Assembly (NCBI GenBank): GCA_051531975.1
Contig: JAOPTT010000001.1
Coordinates: 64,001 to 128,000, forward strand
DNA length: 64,000 nt
Direction: 5' to 3'
Source of the DNA: Spirochaetaceae bacterium
Lineage (GTDB): Bacteria; Spirochaetota; Spirochaetia; DSM-2461
Shown: piece by piece, positions 10,630 to 20,553 of the stretch
Layout: every line of letters starts with the position of its first letter
Numbering within the stretch: the stretch's first letter is position 1
Made by a program: the position numbers and the translations under genes
Notes under the pieces: generated by a model
Database searches by the model: none
What the model was told of the DNA's origin: nothing
What the model saw: only the letters and a program-made list of their open reading frames with translations

Positions 10630-11535
10630 TCATGTTTGAAGTTTTTTTCTTAAAGTTATAATACAACCTAGTATTACAATAGCTGCACTTAGAGCTTGAT
10701 AAATGGTTATTCTTTCATTTAGAGTCAAATATCCTACTATTGCTGTTGATAGAGGTATTACCAATTGAATAATGTTAAAGACAGCCACACCTTGTTTTTG
10801 AACTATATAAAATGCCATTAACATTCCTACTAACATTCCATAAATACCTGAAAGACTTAATCCCACTAATAGACCTATGGTAACATCTTGAAGCTGAATA
10901 ATTTTATGGCTGTAAATAGCAAGAGCCATGTATATAATACCGGACAATGTTGCTGTTGAAGCACTAATAACTATAACATGTATTTTTTTTGATAAACTTT
11001 TTACAACTAGATTCTGAATAGATTGAATAAAAATTGCTACTGATAAAAAAACGATTCCTTTTATATAGTTACTATTTTGTTCTAATGGTATTCTACATAA
11101 TATAAAAATTAATGATCCTATAATTGCTAAAATGGCACCAATATAAAATCCTACTTCTTTTACTCTGACTCTTTCATCTTTAAAAAAAATAGCAGCCATA
11201 ATTATAGCTAGAGGCATAGCTATAATACCAAATATACTTCCAGACAGTGCTGTAGTATATTTTAATCCATTAATAAAAAAATACATGTTCCCTGTCATAA
11301 ATATAGCCAAAAGCAATAATTTAAATATAATTTGGGGGTAGATTATTAGTTTATTTAGTTCTTTTCGATATTTAATAAAACAGATAATACTCATTACGAC
11401 TCCACCAGATAAAAACCGAACAGCATTATTATTTATTGTATCAAATTGTAAACTCATAAAACGCATTATTGGCAATGCAAATCCCATTAGGGATATATAG
11501 ATTACAGCAACAAATTTATTTTTATTGAATCTCAC
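10630..11535 (-). CDS. DMT/EamA-family transporter
   Basis: About 10 hydrophobic helices in two repeats; 'FFKDER' and 'LNERIT' EamA-like ends. Confidence 0.85.
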   Translation of the reverse strand: MRFNKNKFVAVIYISLMGFALPIMRFMSLQFDTINNNAVRFLSGGVVMSIICFIKYRKELNKLIIYPQIIFKLLLLAIFMTGNMYFFINGLKYTTALSGSIFGIIAMPLAIIMAAIFFKDERVRVKEVGFYIGAILAIIGSLIFILCRIPLEQNSNYIKGIVFLSVAIFIQSIQNLVVKSLSKKIHVIVISASTATLSGIIYMALAIYSHKIIQLQDVTIGLLVGLSLSGIYGMLVGMLMAFYIVQKQGVAVFNIIQLVIPLSTAIVGYLTLNERITIYQALSAAIVILGCIITLRKKLQT

Positions 11536-11587
11536 TGTTTTCCTTCTGTTATATTATTAGAGATAATTTATTAATACTGAATTTGTT

Positions 11588-11610
11588 AAAAAACCCCACG
11601 AATGTGGGGT
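11588..11610 (-). terminator. Intrinsic terminator after the deacetylase gene
   Basis: Minus strand ACCCCAC-ATTC-GTGGGGT followed by a T run. Confidence 0.75.
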
Positions 11611-11630
11611 AATAGGATATTAGTGATGCC

Positions 11631-11650
11631 TCAGTATACATAATTATACA
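11631..11650 (-). promoter_or_regulatory. TGTATA repeat pair upstream of the DMT gene
   Basis: Minus strand TGTATAATTA-TGTATACTGA, 10-bp phase. Confidence 0.45.
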
Positions 11651-11653
11651 ATT

Positions 11654-12466
11654 TTAAAATAGATCCTTATATGTATCAGGGTTATATAGGTTAAATTCTA
11701 TATCTCTGTAATATTCAACACTTCCGGAAACTCTTGTACTTTCAACTAATACAGCTATTTGAGTTTGGGATTCAAAAGCCAAAATTGAATTAAGTTTCTT
11801 TTCCAACGCAATATCATCACCTGTAATTTTTATGTTAGGTTCTTTGTCAAAATCACAATACACAGCCATTTCATATACATCTGGTAACCACTGTAATGGT
11901 TGTCCAAGGTTAGGCCATATGGTACCTGTTGCATGGAAAATTGACATAAGAAGTTCATCATAAACTACTTTATGATCCATATTAAGATCAGAGCCTGCAG
12001 GAACAAAAATTCTAGTAGGTTTTAGTTTTCTGATATTATATGTATACGCATTTTCAATTCCAGTACAACCATCTATAATACATGGGTCACCAGTCACCGC
12101 AACTCTTCTACCAACAAAATTACTAGTATTGCAATCTGGGAAATTTAACCACTCTGGATTTTTTATACCTAATATTTCCAAACCATTTAACGTTTCATTT
12201 CTTCTTATTTCAATAATATCTTTACGCTGTTCTTCAGTACAATAACCCATTGAACCATCAGTAGTTATTAGAACAGAGACTTTAACCCCCTCTTCCAATG
12301 CTTTTTGAATAATTAAAGCTCCGCCAATTATTACATCGTCGTCATGGGGAACAACAAACAATATATGCTCGTTATCATTACCTTTCCAATTACTAAATAC
12401 TTTATTAAGTGTTTTAGAAACTTCAGTTCTGTTATCAGTTCGTTTATAAAGTGTAAAATTGCTCAT
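11654..12466 (-). CDS. PIG-L/LmbE-family de-N-acetylase
   Basis: PHDDD motif, TDG.MG, RRNE, xxDH, FESQ. Start moved to ATG 12466 (GGAGA RBS). Confidence 0.88.
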   Translation of the reverse strand: MSNFTLYKRTDNRTEVSKTLNKVFSNWKGNDNEHILFVVPHDDDVIIGGALIIQKALEEGVKVSVLITTDGSMGYCTEEQRKDIIEIRRNETLNGLEILGIKNPEWLNFPDCNTSNFVGRRVAVTGDPCIIDGCTGIENAYTYNIRKLKPTRIFVPAGSDLNMDHKVVYDELLMSIFHATGTIWPNLGQPLQWLPDVYEMAVYCDFDKEPNIKITGDDIALEKKLNSILAFESQTQIAVLVESTRVSGSVEYYRDIEFNLYNPDTYKDLF

Positions 12467-12494
12467 ATAATCTCCCATATTTCTTAAGATTCTT

Positions 12495-12535
12495 ACAGTA
12501 TACAAAAATATACAATTATAAATGTGAACTTTCAA
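12495..12535 (-). promoter_or_regulatory. Deacetylase promoter overlapped by a TGTATA repeat pair
   Basis: TTGAAA-N17-TATATT; TGTATATTTT-TGTATACTGT overlaps the -10. Confidence 0.6.
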
Positions 12536-12554
12536 GAGTTTATATAAAGTGGAA

Positions 12555-14828
12555 TTATTTATTTTGACTTAAAGATATATGCCGGTACTCACCAGGGGTG
12601 ATACCATAATACTTTTTAAATACTTTGATAAAATAGTTTGAACTCCAATAACCAATTTTTTTACTTATATCCTGGACTTGCATTGAATGGTCCTCTAATA
12701 ACTCTTTGGCCAATACCATACGTTTATTTTTAAGATAACTTGAAAAAGAGTCATTACATACATTTTTAAAAAGACGGCTAAGGTAGAAGGATGAAATCCC
12801 CATCTCTTCAGCAACACTGGATAGAGAAATATCTTGGCCTAATCTATTATCTATTATTTTTTTTGCTATCTGAACATAATCCTGAGTCTTATCAACATCA
12901 TGATTTGATATGATGCTATCACCTACTTCTTTTATAAAATTAAAAATAAGTTCATGAATACTTTCCCGAGTTTTTACTCTATATAGGGTTACAAAAAACT
13001 CATCGATTTCTTTACTATTTGATCCCATAGTATACCCCTGCTCTTTCAATCTTGATATCAGAGATCTAATCCAATACACATAAAAGCTCAAGACATCATC
13101 TGGACTACTGTTTAAACAACTGTTATCCAAAGAGGTAAACTGTTTATTAAAAAGATTTTTAATATTCTTATTATTATTTTCCTTAAGTGAAATTATGATA
13201 TCGTCTAGTAGACCATCAATTAGTCTTAACTTTTTTGAACTCTCTTTTGGAACTCGGCTTAATTCTGCCATCGATGTACCATAGGGATATTTTATATAAT
13301 TTTTGTTATCAGACTCTATTTGTAATACACCTTTGTGAATAGACTCTATAGGCCAAAAATCTTTACTCACAGCACCATAAACTTTTATAGATTCAGTTTC
13401 ATAGATAAATTTTATAAATGTATCTACAGCTGAACACAGCTCCAGATAATCCAAGTCCATACAATCTACTACTGTATAAATAGCAATATGTTCTTTAACA
13501 CATATTGCGCCATGTGCATATGATTCAGTCCAACTACAAAATGATCTATGTATAATATCCATAGAATCAATAAACTCAGGAAAACATGATATAACTCTTA
13601 GATTCTTAGGATAAAAGGGAAAGTTTAGTAACTTGAACTCACTTTCAACTGTTTCAATATCATCTTTTTCTTCATATTGATCCAACATTTTCCTCATAAA
13701 ATTAATCTGATACGCTGGAATTGCTTTTTCTAACAGTCGCATTTTACTCTCTCTATCAGTTATAGAGTTACCTATCCATGTATCAAGGTTTGCAACATTA
13801 TCTACGTTATTATCTGAAACATGTGTTATAAGTCTGTTTATTGGTGAATATAGTAGTTTTCTTAAAATAAATATTAAAACTAAAGTTAGTAGCATAATAG
13901 GAGCTATAAACAGAAGCAGATATATTCTATTTTGTTTAAACAGTTGTGTAATAGATTTCTGGTCATTTATTGAGTGGAATGAGAGCCCAAAATACAGATT
14001 ATATAAAGAACTAATATAGTGGGTCTCTTCATCTAAAGTTATTTTTGATAAGTCCTCTTTTTTATCTTTATTTATAAGAGCCCATGCAACAGTGTTTATT
14101 AGCCTTAGGTTTTTTTTGACATATACAAAAGGTATACTTTCACTGTTTAAAATAAAAAACTCCTTAGTATTTCTTGGTTGAATTTTTTCCCATAGATATC
14201 TATAAAAGGCATCCATATTAATATTTACAACAAAAACTGATTTACTATTAAGTTGAGATGGAAAAACCATATATATAACCTGGGTATTGTTTCTGTCTGT
14301 ATGGGGACCTGAAAATGATGGGCTGTCCATATTTGGTAAATCTCGAAACCACTCTTTATCTTTAAATTGCTGAATATCTGATGGGATAAATTCTACAGAA
14401 AAGACTTCTTTCACATCTGGGTCATAATAATATACTGATTGAATATATTCTGATGTAGTGGCAAATTGTTCTAGATTATGATTAATTTCAGCTCGTAACT
14501 TTAGAAACCTAGAGTATTCACTTATTCTATCCTCATTGTACTGTTTATGAAAATTTTTAAAATAAAGTTTATCTGAGAAATATTCGTATTCAATAAAATC
14601 ATTATTCATTCTAAGTAGATTAACAGTATCTTTTATATTGTTAAAAATTATACCAGTAGTTTCAGATAGTAGTTCTAGATTGTGATTCCTTGAATCAACG
14701 TCAGCAGAGTTTAGTAAAGAGGTCGTTTTATTATCTATAAAAATCACCAAAAGAATTGATGGTATTATAGATGCGAGGAATAGGAATAGAAGTATTCTAA
14801 AATAGTAATGTTTCTTTAAATCAAATAT
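12555..14828 (-). CDS. Membrane-anchored AraC-family regulator (YesS/YtdP-like), probable non-canonical ATA start
   Basis: C-terminal double HTH (YLSRLFK…IGYWSSNYFIKVFKKYYGITPGEYR). Frame is open upstream of 14750 and encodes the first TM helix; AAGGA-N7-ATA at 14828. Confidence 0.85.
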   Translation of the reverse strand: MFDLKKHYYFRILLFLFLASIIPSILLVIFIDNKTTSLLNSADVDSRNHNLELLSETTGIIFNNIKDTVNLLRMNNDFIEYEYFSDKLYFKNFHKQYNEDRISEYSRFLKLRAEINHNLEQFATTSEYIQSVYYYDPDVKEVFSVEFIPSDIQQFKDKEWFRDLPNMDSPSFSGPHTDRNNTQVIYMVFPSQLNSKSVFVVNINMDAFYRYLWEKIQPRNTKEFFILNSESIPFVYVKKNLRLINTVAWALINKDKKEDLSKITLDEETHYISSLYNLYFGLSFHSINDQKSITQLFKQNRIYLLLFIAPIMLLTLVLIFILRKLLYSPINRLITHVSDNNVDNVANLDTWIGNSITDRESKMRLLEKAIPAYQINFMRKMLDQYEEKDDIETVESEFKLLNFPFYPKNLRVISCFPEFIDSMDIIHRSFCSWTESYAHGAICVKEHIAIYTVVDCMDLDYLELCSAVDTFIKFIYETESIKVYGAVSKDFWPIESIHKGVLQIESDNKNYIKYPYGTSMAELSRVPKESSKKLRLIDGLLDDIIISLKENNNKNIKNLFNKQFTSLDNSCLNSSPDDVLSFYVYWIRSLISRLKEQGYTMGSNSKEIDEFFVTLYRVKTRESIHELIFNFIKEVGDSIISNHDVDKTQDYVQIAKKIIDNRLGQDISLSSVAEEMGISSFYLSRLFKNVCNDSFSSYLKNKRMVLAKELLEDHSMQVQDISKKIGYWSSNYFIKVFKKYYGITPGEYRHISLSQNK

Positions 14829-14902
14829 CGTTTTTTCCTTTGTATAATGCTGTTTTAAATGATTATGATTAAGTCAAATAAAACAACATTATATCATAGT
14901 TT

Positions 14903-15781
14903 TTATCCTTTTACAGATCCAATCATCATTCCTTTAACAAAATATTGTTGTATAAATGGATAGGCACATAATATAGGTACAGTAGAGATAACAATAACAG
15001 CACCTTTAATAGCTTCTCCAGGAGGAGGTGATACCCCAGGGGTTAATACTTCCGCCATAGTAGATGATAATAGTATGGTCCGTAATAGATTTTGTACTGG
15101 TAGTTTACTCTGAGTAATTAAGAAGATTGCAGAATCAAACCAATCGTTCCACTGCCACACAGCGTAAAAAAGACCAATAGTAACTAAAGATGCAATACTA
15201 AGTGGTAATACAATCCTAAAAAATGTAGTAAAGACTGAACATCCATCTAATTTTGCCGACTCTTCTAAACTTGCTGGTATCTGCCTAAAAAAGGCCATCA
15301 TAATGAAAATATATTGAGTATTAATAAGTCTTGGCCATATTAAAGACCATACTGAATCAATAAGTCCTAAATTTTTATTTAATAAAAATAGTGGAACAAT
15401 TTGCACTGGAAATATTATACATAATAGAAGTGCAGAAATTACAAATTTTCTTCCTGGTAAAGTCGCTTTACTTAAACCATAAGCAAATAGCGCCGTTGAC
15501 ATTACCTGAAACAAAGTACCAACTATTGTTCTGAAGATAGTTATTTTATATGCATTAAATACTGCCATGCCCTGAAATAGTAACATCTTGTAGGCTCCAA
15601 AATCTATTTTTCTTGGAAATAGAATAAATGGACCACGTTGTATGTACTCCTGCTCAGAAACAAAACTTGTTGTAAAAACTGTTAAAAAGGGTAATAAAAA
15701 AAGTAGAGAAATAATAATAAGAAATGTAGAATTAAAAACTCCGAATATTTTTTCACCTTTTGTAGGGAATCTAACACTCAT
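14903..15781 (-). CDS. Carbohydrate ABC permease (MalG/LplC-like)
   Basis: EAA motif LEESAKLDGCS; C-terminus PFIQQYFVKGMMIGSVKG. Confidence 0.95.
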   Translation of the reverse strand: MSVRFPTKGEKIFGVFNSTFLIIISLLFLLPFLTVFTTSFVSEQEYIQRGPFILFPRKIDFGAYKMLLFQGMAVFNAYKITIFRTIVGTLFQVMSTALFAYGLSKATLPGRKFVISALLLCIIFPVQIVPLFLLNKNLGLIDSVWSLIWPRLINTQYIFIMMAFFRQIPASLEESAKLDGCSVFTTFFRIVLPLSIASLVTIGLFYAVWQWNDWFDSAIFLITQSKLPVQNLLRTILLSSTMAEVLTPGVSPPPGEAIKGAVIVISTVPILCAYPFIQQYFVKGMMIGSVKG

Positions 15782-15827
15782 ATATTCCTCCTATAGTGGA
15801 ACTAAGGAGCACATTTAATTTTGTCAT
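15771..15827 (-). CDS. Putative 18-aa small ORF (MTKLNVLLSSTIGGIYEC), possible translational coupler
   Basis: AGGAG-N6-ATG directly after the upstream permease stop; ends overlapping the downstream permease start. Confidence 0.4.
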   Translation of the reverse strand: MTKLNVLLSSTIGGIYEC

Positions 15828-15836
15828 AATATACTC

Positions 15837-16757
15837 CTATGCATAAAGGCTGTCTTGGCCTAATCTTTTTGTTACAAAGTTTGATGTTAAAACCAAACCT
15901 AGAGCTAATAGTGATTTAAAAAGTCCAACTGCTGTAGCAAATGAGAAACTCAACTGCTCTAGTCCAACTCTAAAAACGTATGTATCGATAATATCAGCAG
16001 TTTTATATACGGCTGGGCTATAAAGAAGTAGTGTCTCTTCGTACCCTTGGTTTAAAACAACAGAAATACGTAATAAGAACATAATAACAACAGCATAACT
16101 AATACTTGGAAGTGTTATTCTTAAAGTCTGCTGCCACCTGCTAGCACCATCAATTTCTGCAGCTTCATATAACTGAGTATCAATACCAGTTAAAGCGGCA
16201 AGGTAAATAATAGTACCCCAACCAAGATTTTTCCAAACTATAGCTGTTACTAAAACGGGTCTAAATGTTTCAGACATTCCTATATAATATTCTGGCTGAC
16301 CACCAAAAAATTTAATTACTTCAGGTATTAGTCCTCCATGTAAAGATAAAAGGTTAAATACCATACCTGCTAAAACAACATTTGAAATAAAGTAAGGTAG
16401 GTAGGAAATGGTCTGAACTAACTTTTTAAATCTTAATAACCGCACTTCATTTATCATTAATGCAAGTACAATTGGTAGACCAAATTCAAATAACATTCTT
16501 AGCCCAGCAAGGGAGAAAGTATTCCCCATAATATTCCAAAAATAAACAGATGATAAAAATTTCTTGAAATGTTTAAGTCCAACCCATTTAGCTGTAAACA
16601 TTGCTTCTAAACCTTCAAATGGTGCTACATCTTTAAATGCAACTAAAGTTCCAAATAGAGGTATATACCGAAATATAAAGAAATATAATAGACCGGGAAG
16701 CATTAGCCAATAAAGGGCTAGGTAATCACTATTTTTTTTCTTCTTAATTAAACTCAC
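15837..16757 (-). CDS. Carbohydrate ABC permease (MalF/LplB-like)
   Basis: WVGLKHF, QTISYLPYFIS, LYEAAEIDGA. GTG at 16757 with GGAG RBS preferred to TTG 16769. Confidence 0.95.
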   Translation of the reverse strand: MSLIKKKKNSDYLALYWLMLPGLLYFFIFRYIPLFGTLVAFKDVAPFEGLEAMFTAKWVGLKHFKKFLSSVYFWNIMGNTFSLAGLRMLFEFGLPIVLALMINEVRLLRFKKLVQTISYLPYFISNVVLAGMVFNLLSLHGGLIPEVIKFFGGQPEYYIGMSETFRPVLVTAIVWKNLGWGTIIYLAALTGIDTQLYEAAEIDGASRWQQTLRITLPSISYAVVIMFLLRISVVLNQGYEETLLLYSPAVYKTADIIDTYVFRVGLEQLSFSFATAVGLFKSLLALGLVLTSNFVTKRLGQDSLYA

Positions 16758-16770
16758 AGTTCTCTCCAAT

Positions 16771-16800
16771 ATAATCTACCGGAATTAACCGGTAGATTAT
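16771..16800 (-). other. Perfect 12-bp stem-loop between the SBP and permease genes
   Basis: ATAATCTACCGG-N6-CCGGTAGATTAT. Confidence 0.8.
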
Positions 16801-16809
16801 TTTTATTTA

Positions 16810-18342
16810 CTACTTAGCTGCGTTATAGATTTCAGTATGAACGTCAATCCATTCACCTAATCCAGCACTATATAACTCTTTTACAAAGTCATCCCACTCA
16901 GATAAGTCTCTTTCACCGATGATAAACATAATCTGCTCTTCTTCTACCATTCTCTGAATATCATTATATCCAGCGATTTTATCAGAAAGAACATTTGGAT
17001 CATAAGCAACACCTACATCAAATGGCATTTTCCCTCTTGTAAAATCAAGACCTGTAGGAGGAGTATTTCCTTGACCAACAAGACCCCATACTTCGTTCTC
17101 TTTTTGAGATCTAGGATTTTTAGCTCCAGCTGTTGCTGCTGCAGGAAGACCTACTGCAAAGTCAAAGTCTCTAATATAGTTCAAGTTTTCTTCTGTTTCA
17201 TAAACACCAGCAGCTTCATCAACCCATCTCCAGTTTTTACCCATTGGGCCTTTCTGAGAACTAGCAAATGCTTCAGGTGATGAATATAAAAGGTTCATAA
17301 CTTTAATAACAGCTTCAGGATTTTTACTTCTTGAAGAAATTAACATACCGTTACTGTTAGCAGGTTTAACTGTTTCAGCTTTACCCATTGGTCCGTCGAT
17401 ACCTTTTTGAATCATAATAAACTCAGCATTTGGATCAATTTTATTCATGTCATAATGTACGTTAGCAACATTTGAATACCATGTAGCTGTTGATGCAACA
17501 TTACCTGTTTTAACAAGCTCTCTAACTTTTTGTCTATTTAAAGATGCAAACTCAGGATACATATAACCTTTTTCATACCATCTGTTCATAGTTTCTAAAT
17601 AGTCAATATATCCATCCTGTAAATAGTAAGGCTTAAGTTTCCCGTCTTTATCCATCCAGTTTGAAAAACCATTTTTTGTAAAACCACCAACAAATGTTTG
17701 GTATATACCTTGAGAATTATGTTTACCGTTAATTTCAGCTAATAAGATAATAGTATCATCTCCAGCTAATTTATCTTTATTTGCAGATGCAACTTCCATA
17801 AAAGTTTCAAGTTCTGCAATAGTTTCAGGAAATTTAACACCTAAAGTTTTTGCCCAATCCGCTCTTACCCATGGGCTTGCAGCAATTGTTGGAGTTCCTC
17901 TAGGAATACCCCAAAGTGTTCCAGAAGCATCACTCATAGCAGTAACAGATTCTTTTGGCCAGTGTGGTAAAATATCTGCACCATATTTTTTCATTAAATC
18001 ACCGATTGGCATAATTACATCTTTACCTGTAAAATCATCCCATTTACCCCAAAATGCATCAATTTGAATACCACTAGCAAGTAGTAGATTTAATTTCTGA
18101 TTCTCTTGACCAACAACTGGTGGTATAACAATAACGTTAACACCTGTTTTCTCTTTAATATAAGCTCTTAAAAGCTCAACATTTTCAGGATCACTAGATG
18201 CTCCACCTTGGGCTGCACTCATTGCACCACTATTATTGTAAACAACAATTTCAACAGTATCGTCTACTGCTTCAGCTTCTTTATTCCCATTGGCAAATAA
18301 CAACGCCGGTAATAATAAGAACAATAAAAACACTTTTTTCAT
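16810..18342 (-). CDS. Carbohydrate ABC solute-binding protein (family 1, LplA-like)
   Basis: Signal peptide, KLNLLLASG, WVRADW…P.T..EL, WYEKGY, FIIGE…WDDFV.EL. Confidence 0.92.
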   Translation of the reverse strand: MKKVFLLFLLLPALLFANGNKEAEAVDDTVEIVVYNNSGAMSAAQGGASSDPENVELLRAYIKEKTGVNVIVIPPVVGQENQKLNLLLASGIQIDAFWGKWDDFTGKDVIMPIGDLMKKYGADILPHWPKESVTAMSDASGTLWGIPRGTPTIAASPWVRADWAKTLGVKFPETIAELETFMEVASANKDKLAGDDTIILLAEINGKHNSQGIYQTFVGGFTKNGFSNWMDKDGKLKPYYLQDGYIDYLETMNRWYEKGYMYPEFASLNRQKVRELVKTGNVASTATWYSNVANVHYDMNKIDPNAEFIMIQKGIDGPMGKAETVKPANSNGMLISSRSKNPEAVIKVMNLLYSSPEAFASSQKGPMGKNWRWVDEAAGVYETEENLNYIRDFDFAVGLPAAATAGAKNPRSQKENEVWGLVGQGNTPPTGLDFTRGKMPFDVGVAYDPNVLSDKIAGYNDIQRMVEEEQIMFIIGERDLSEWDDFVKELYSAGLGEWIDVHTEIYNAAK

Positions 18343-18601
18343 TTTGTAACTCCTCAGTTTGATTTACTTAATTATTATCCCTGTACTTTACTATTGGATA
18401 CAGTTAAGTTTTGTCATTGATGACTTTATTTAGATGACAATAAATTACTACTATCACATAATTACACTATAAGAATAGTTTATAAGTTCCTAAAAAGTAT
18501 GTTTTTTTATTGACGGAGGATTTTATATAATTTTACTTTTCAGTGTAAAATATCAATAGATATATTAAGAAATAAAGATGTGACAATAGACTATTTATAA
18601 A

Positions 18602-18645
18602 TAAAAACACCTACACCAAAACATAATTAAAGTTTGGTATAGGTG
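18602..18645 (-). terminator. Intrinsic terminator of the upstream ABC cassette
   Basis: Minus strand CACCTATACCAAA-N12-TTTGGTGTAGGTG-TTTTT. Confidence 0.75.
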
Positions 18646-18672
18646 AAGCAAAATATCTGAATGTTACTTTTA

Positions 18673-19554
18673 TTAGCCTTTTACTGATCCAACCATGAAA
18701 CCTTTAACAAAGTGTTTTTGTACAAAAGGATAAACAGTTAAAATAGGAACTGATGTAATTACTATAACCGCCCCTTTTATACTCTCTGATGGAGGCGGAT
18801 TTGTATTATTTTCTGTTAATACAGAGTCCATAGTAGACGAAACTAAAATAGTTCGTAATAAGTTTTGCACTGGGAACTTCTTTGTATTATTAATAAACAT
18901 TGCTGCGTCAAACCATGAGTTCCACTGCCATACAGCATAAAAAAGTCCTATTGTTGCCATGGATGCTATACTTAATGGTAAAATTATTCTAAAAAATGTT
19001 TGAACATGGGAACATCCATCAATTATGGCAGCTTCTTCTAAAGATTCAGGAATCTGCTGAAAAAATGCCATCATTATAAAAACATACTGGGTATTAATTA
19101 ACCAGGGAAAAACTAATGCCCAAAGTGAATCGATTAAACCAAAGCTTTTTACAACCAGATATTGTGGTATAATTTGAACTGGGAAAACTAAACATATAAC
19201 CAGAGTACTGATTAAAAATTTCCTTCCAATTAAATTTGTCTTTGATAAACCATAGGCTAAAGCTGCAGTTGTCATTATCTGAAAAAAACCACCTATAAAA
19301 GTTCTAAAAAATGTAATTCCAAAGGCAGTGTAAATAGCACTTCCTTTTGCTAATAACATTTTGTAAGCGGAAAAATCTAAATCTCTTGGGATTATTATAA
19401 GTCCACCTCTAGATAAATATTCACTTTCTGATATAAAAGAACTTGCTAACGTTATTAAAAAGGGCAATAAAAATATTGTGGTAATTATTAGAAGGAAAAT
19501 AGAATTAACATGACGAAAAGTCTTTTCTCCTGTTGTTTCAAAGTTATTTTTCAT
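18673..19554 (-). CDS. Carbohydrate ABC permease (MalG/LplC-like), paralog of 14903-15781
   Basis: LEEAAIIDGCS, KGFMVGSVKG. Start moved to ATG 19554 (AAGGA RBS). Confidence 0.95.
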   Translation of the reverse strand: MKNNFETTGEKTFRHVNSIFLLIITTIFLLPFLITLASSFISESEYLSRGGLIIIPRDLDFSAYKMLLAKGSAIYTAFGITFFRTFIGGFFQIMTTAALAYGLSKTNLIGRKFLISTLVICLVFPVQIIPQYLVVKSFGLIDSLWALVFPWLINTQYVFIMMAFFQQIPESLEEAAIIDGCSHVQTFFRIILPLSIASMATIGLFYAVWQWNSWFDAAMFINNTKKFPVQNLLRTILVSSTMDSVLTENNTNPPPSESIKGAVIVITSVPILTVYPFVQKHFVKGFMVGSVKG

Positions 19555-19564
19555 AGATCTATCC

Positions 19565-20503
19565 TTATTTATACATACTTTGTTGGCCATTTTTCTTAGC
19601 CACATAATTGGATGTTAAAACTAAAACTAATGCTAATAATGATTTAAAAACACCAACTGCAGTCGCAAAAGAATATCTCATCTGTTCTAAACCTACACGC
19701 CAAACATATGTATCTATAATATCTGCAACACTATAAACTCCTGGATTGTAAAGTAATAAAGTCTCTTCCCAACCCTGATTCAAAATTACACTTATTCTAA
19801 GAATAAACATAATTACTACTGCAAATGATATACTAGGTAAAGTAATATGAACTGTCTGGGCAAATCTACTTGCACCATCAATTCTTGCAGCTTCATATAG
19901 TTGTGGGTCAACACCAGATAGTGCTGCTAAATAGACAATTGTCCCCCACCCTATATTTCTCCAAACAATTGCAGAAACTAAAACTGTTCTAAAGTATCTT
20001 GCATCCCCAAGATAATAGATTGAATCACCGCCAAAATATTCAACTAAACTTGGTATTATTCCATTATTCATTGTTAATAACTGAAAAACCAAACCGGCTA
20101 AAACTATATTTGATAAAAAATACGGCATATAAGAAATGGTTTGTATAACCTTCTTATAATGTTTATTTCTAACTTCATTAATTAAAAGGGCCAGTAATAT
20201 AGGACAAAAGAATTCAAATAACATTCTAAGGCCAGCTAGGGTAAATGTATTTCTCATTATATTCCAGAAATAATGGGATGATATAAATGCAGAAAAATGT
20301 TTTAGCCCAACCCATTCCGAGGTAAGAATTGTTAATACATCATCAAAAGGAGCTACATCTTTAAAAGCTACGAGGGTACCAAGTAGTGGTAAATATCTAA
20401 AAAGAAGAAAATATAACAGACCTGGTAACATTAATACATATAAGAATTTATCACTTACAATTTTTTTGATTATATATTGTCTACGATTTAATTTATTGGG
20501 CAT
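19565..20503 (-). CDS. Carbohydrate ABC permease (MalF/LplB-like), paralog of 15837-16757
   Basis: WVGLKHF, LYEAARIDGA. Confidence 0.95.
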   Translation of the reverse strand: MPNKLNRRQYIIKKIVSDKFLYVLMLPGLLYFLLFRYLPLLGTLVAFKDVAPFDDVLTILTSEWVGLKHFSAFISSHYFWNIMRNTFTLAGLRMLFEFFCPILLALLINEVRNKHYKKVIQTISYMPYFLSNIVLAGLVFQLLTMNNGIIPSLVEYFGGDSIYYLGDARYFRTVLVSAIVWRNIGWGTIVYLAALSGVDPQLYEAARIDGASRFAQTVHITLPSISFAVVIMFILRISVILNQGWEETLLLYNPGVYSVADIIDTYVWRVGLEQMRYSFATAVGVFKSLLALVLVLTSNYVAKKNGQQSMYK

Positions 20504-20518
20504 GAACTGCTCCTTAGA

Positions 20519-20549
20519 AATTCCCCTCTCTAAGAAATAGAGAGGGATT
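20519..20549 (-). other. Stem-loop between the SBP and permease genes
   Basis: CCCTCTCTA-N5-TAGAGAGGG. Confidence 0.75.
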
Positions 20550-20553
20550 ATTT

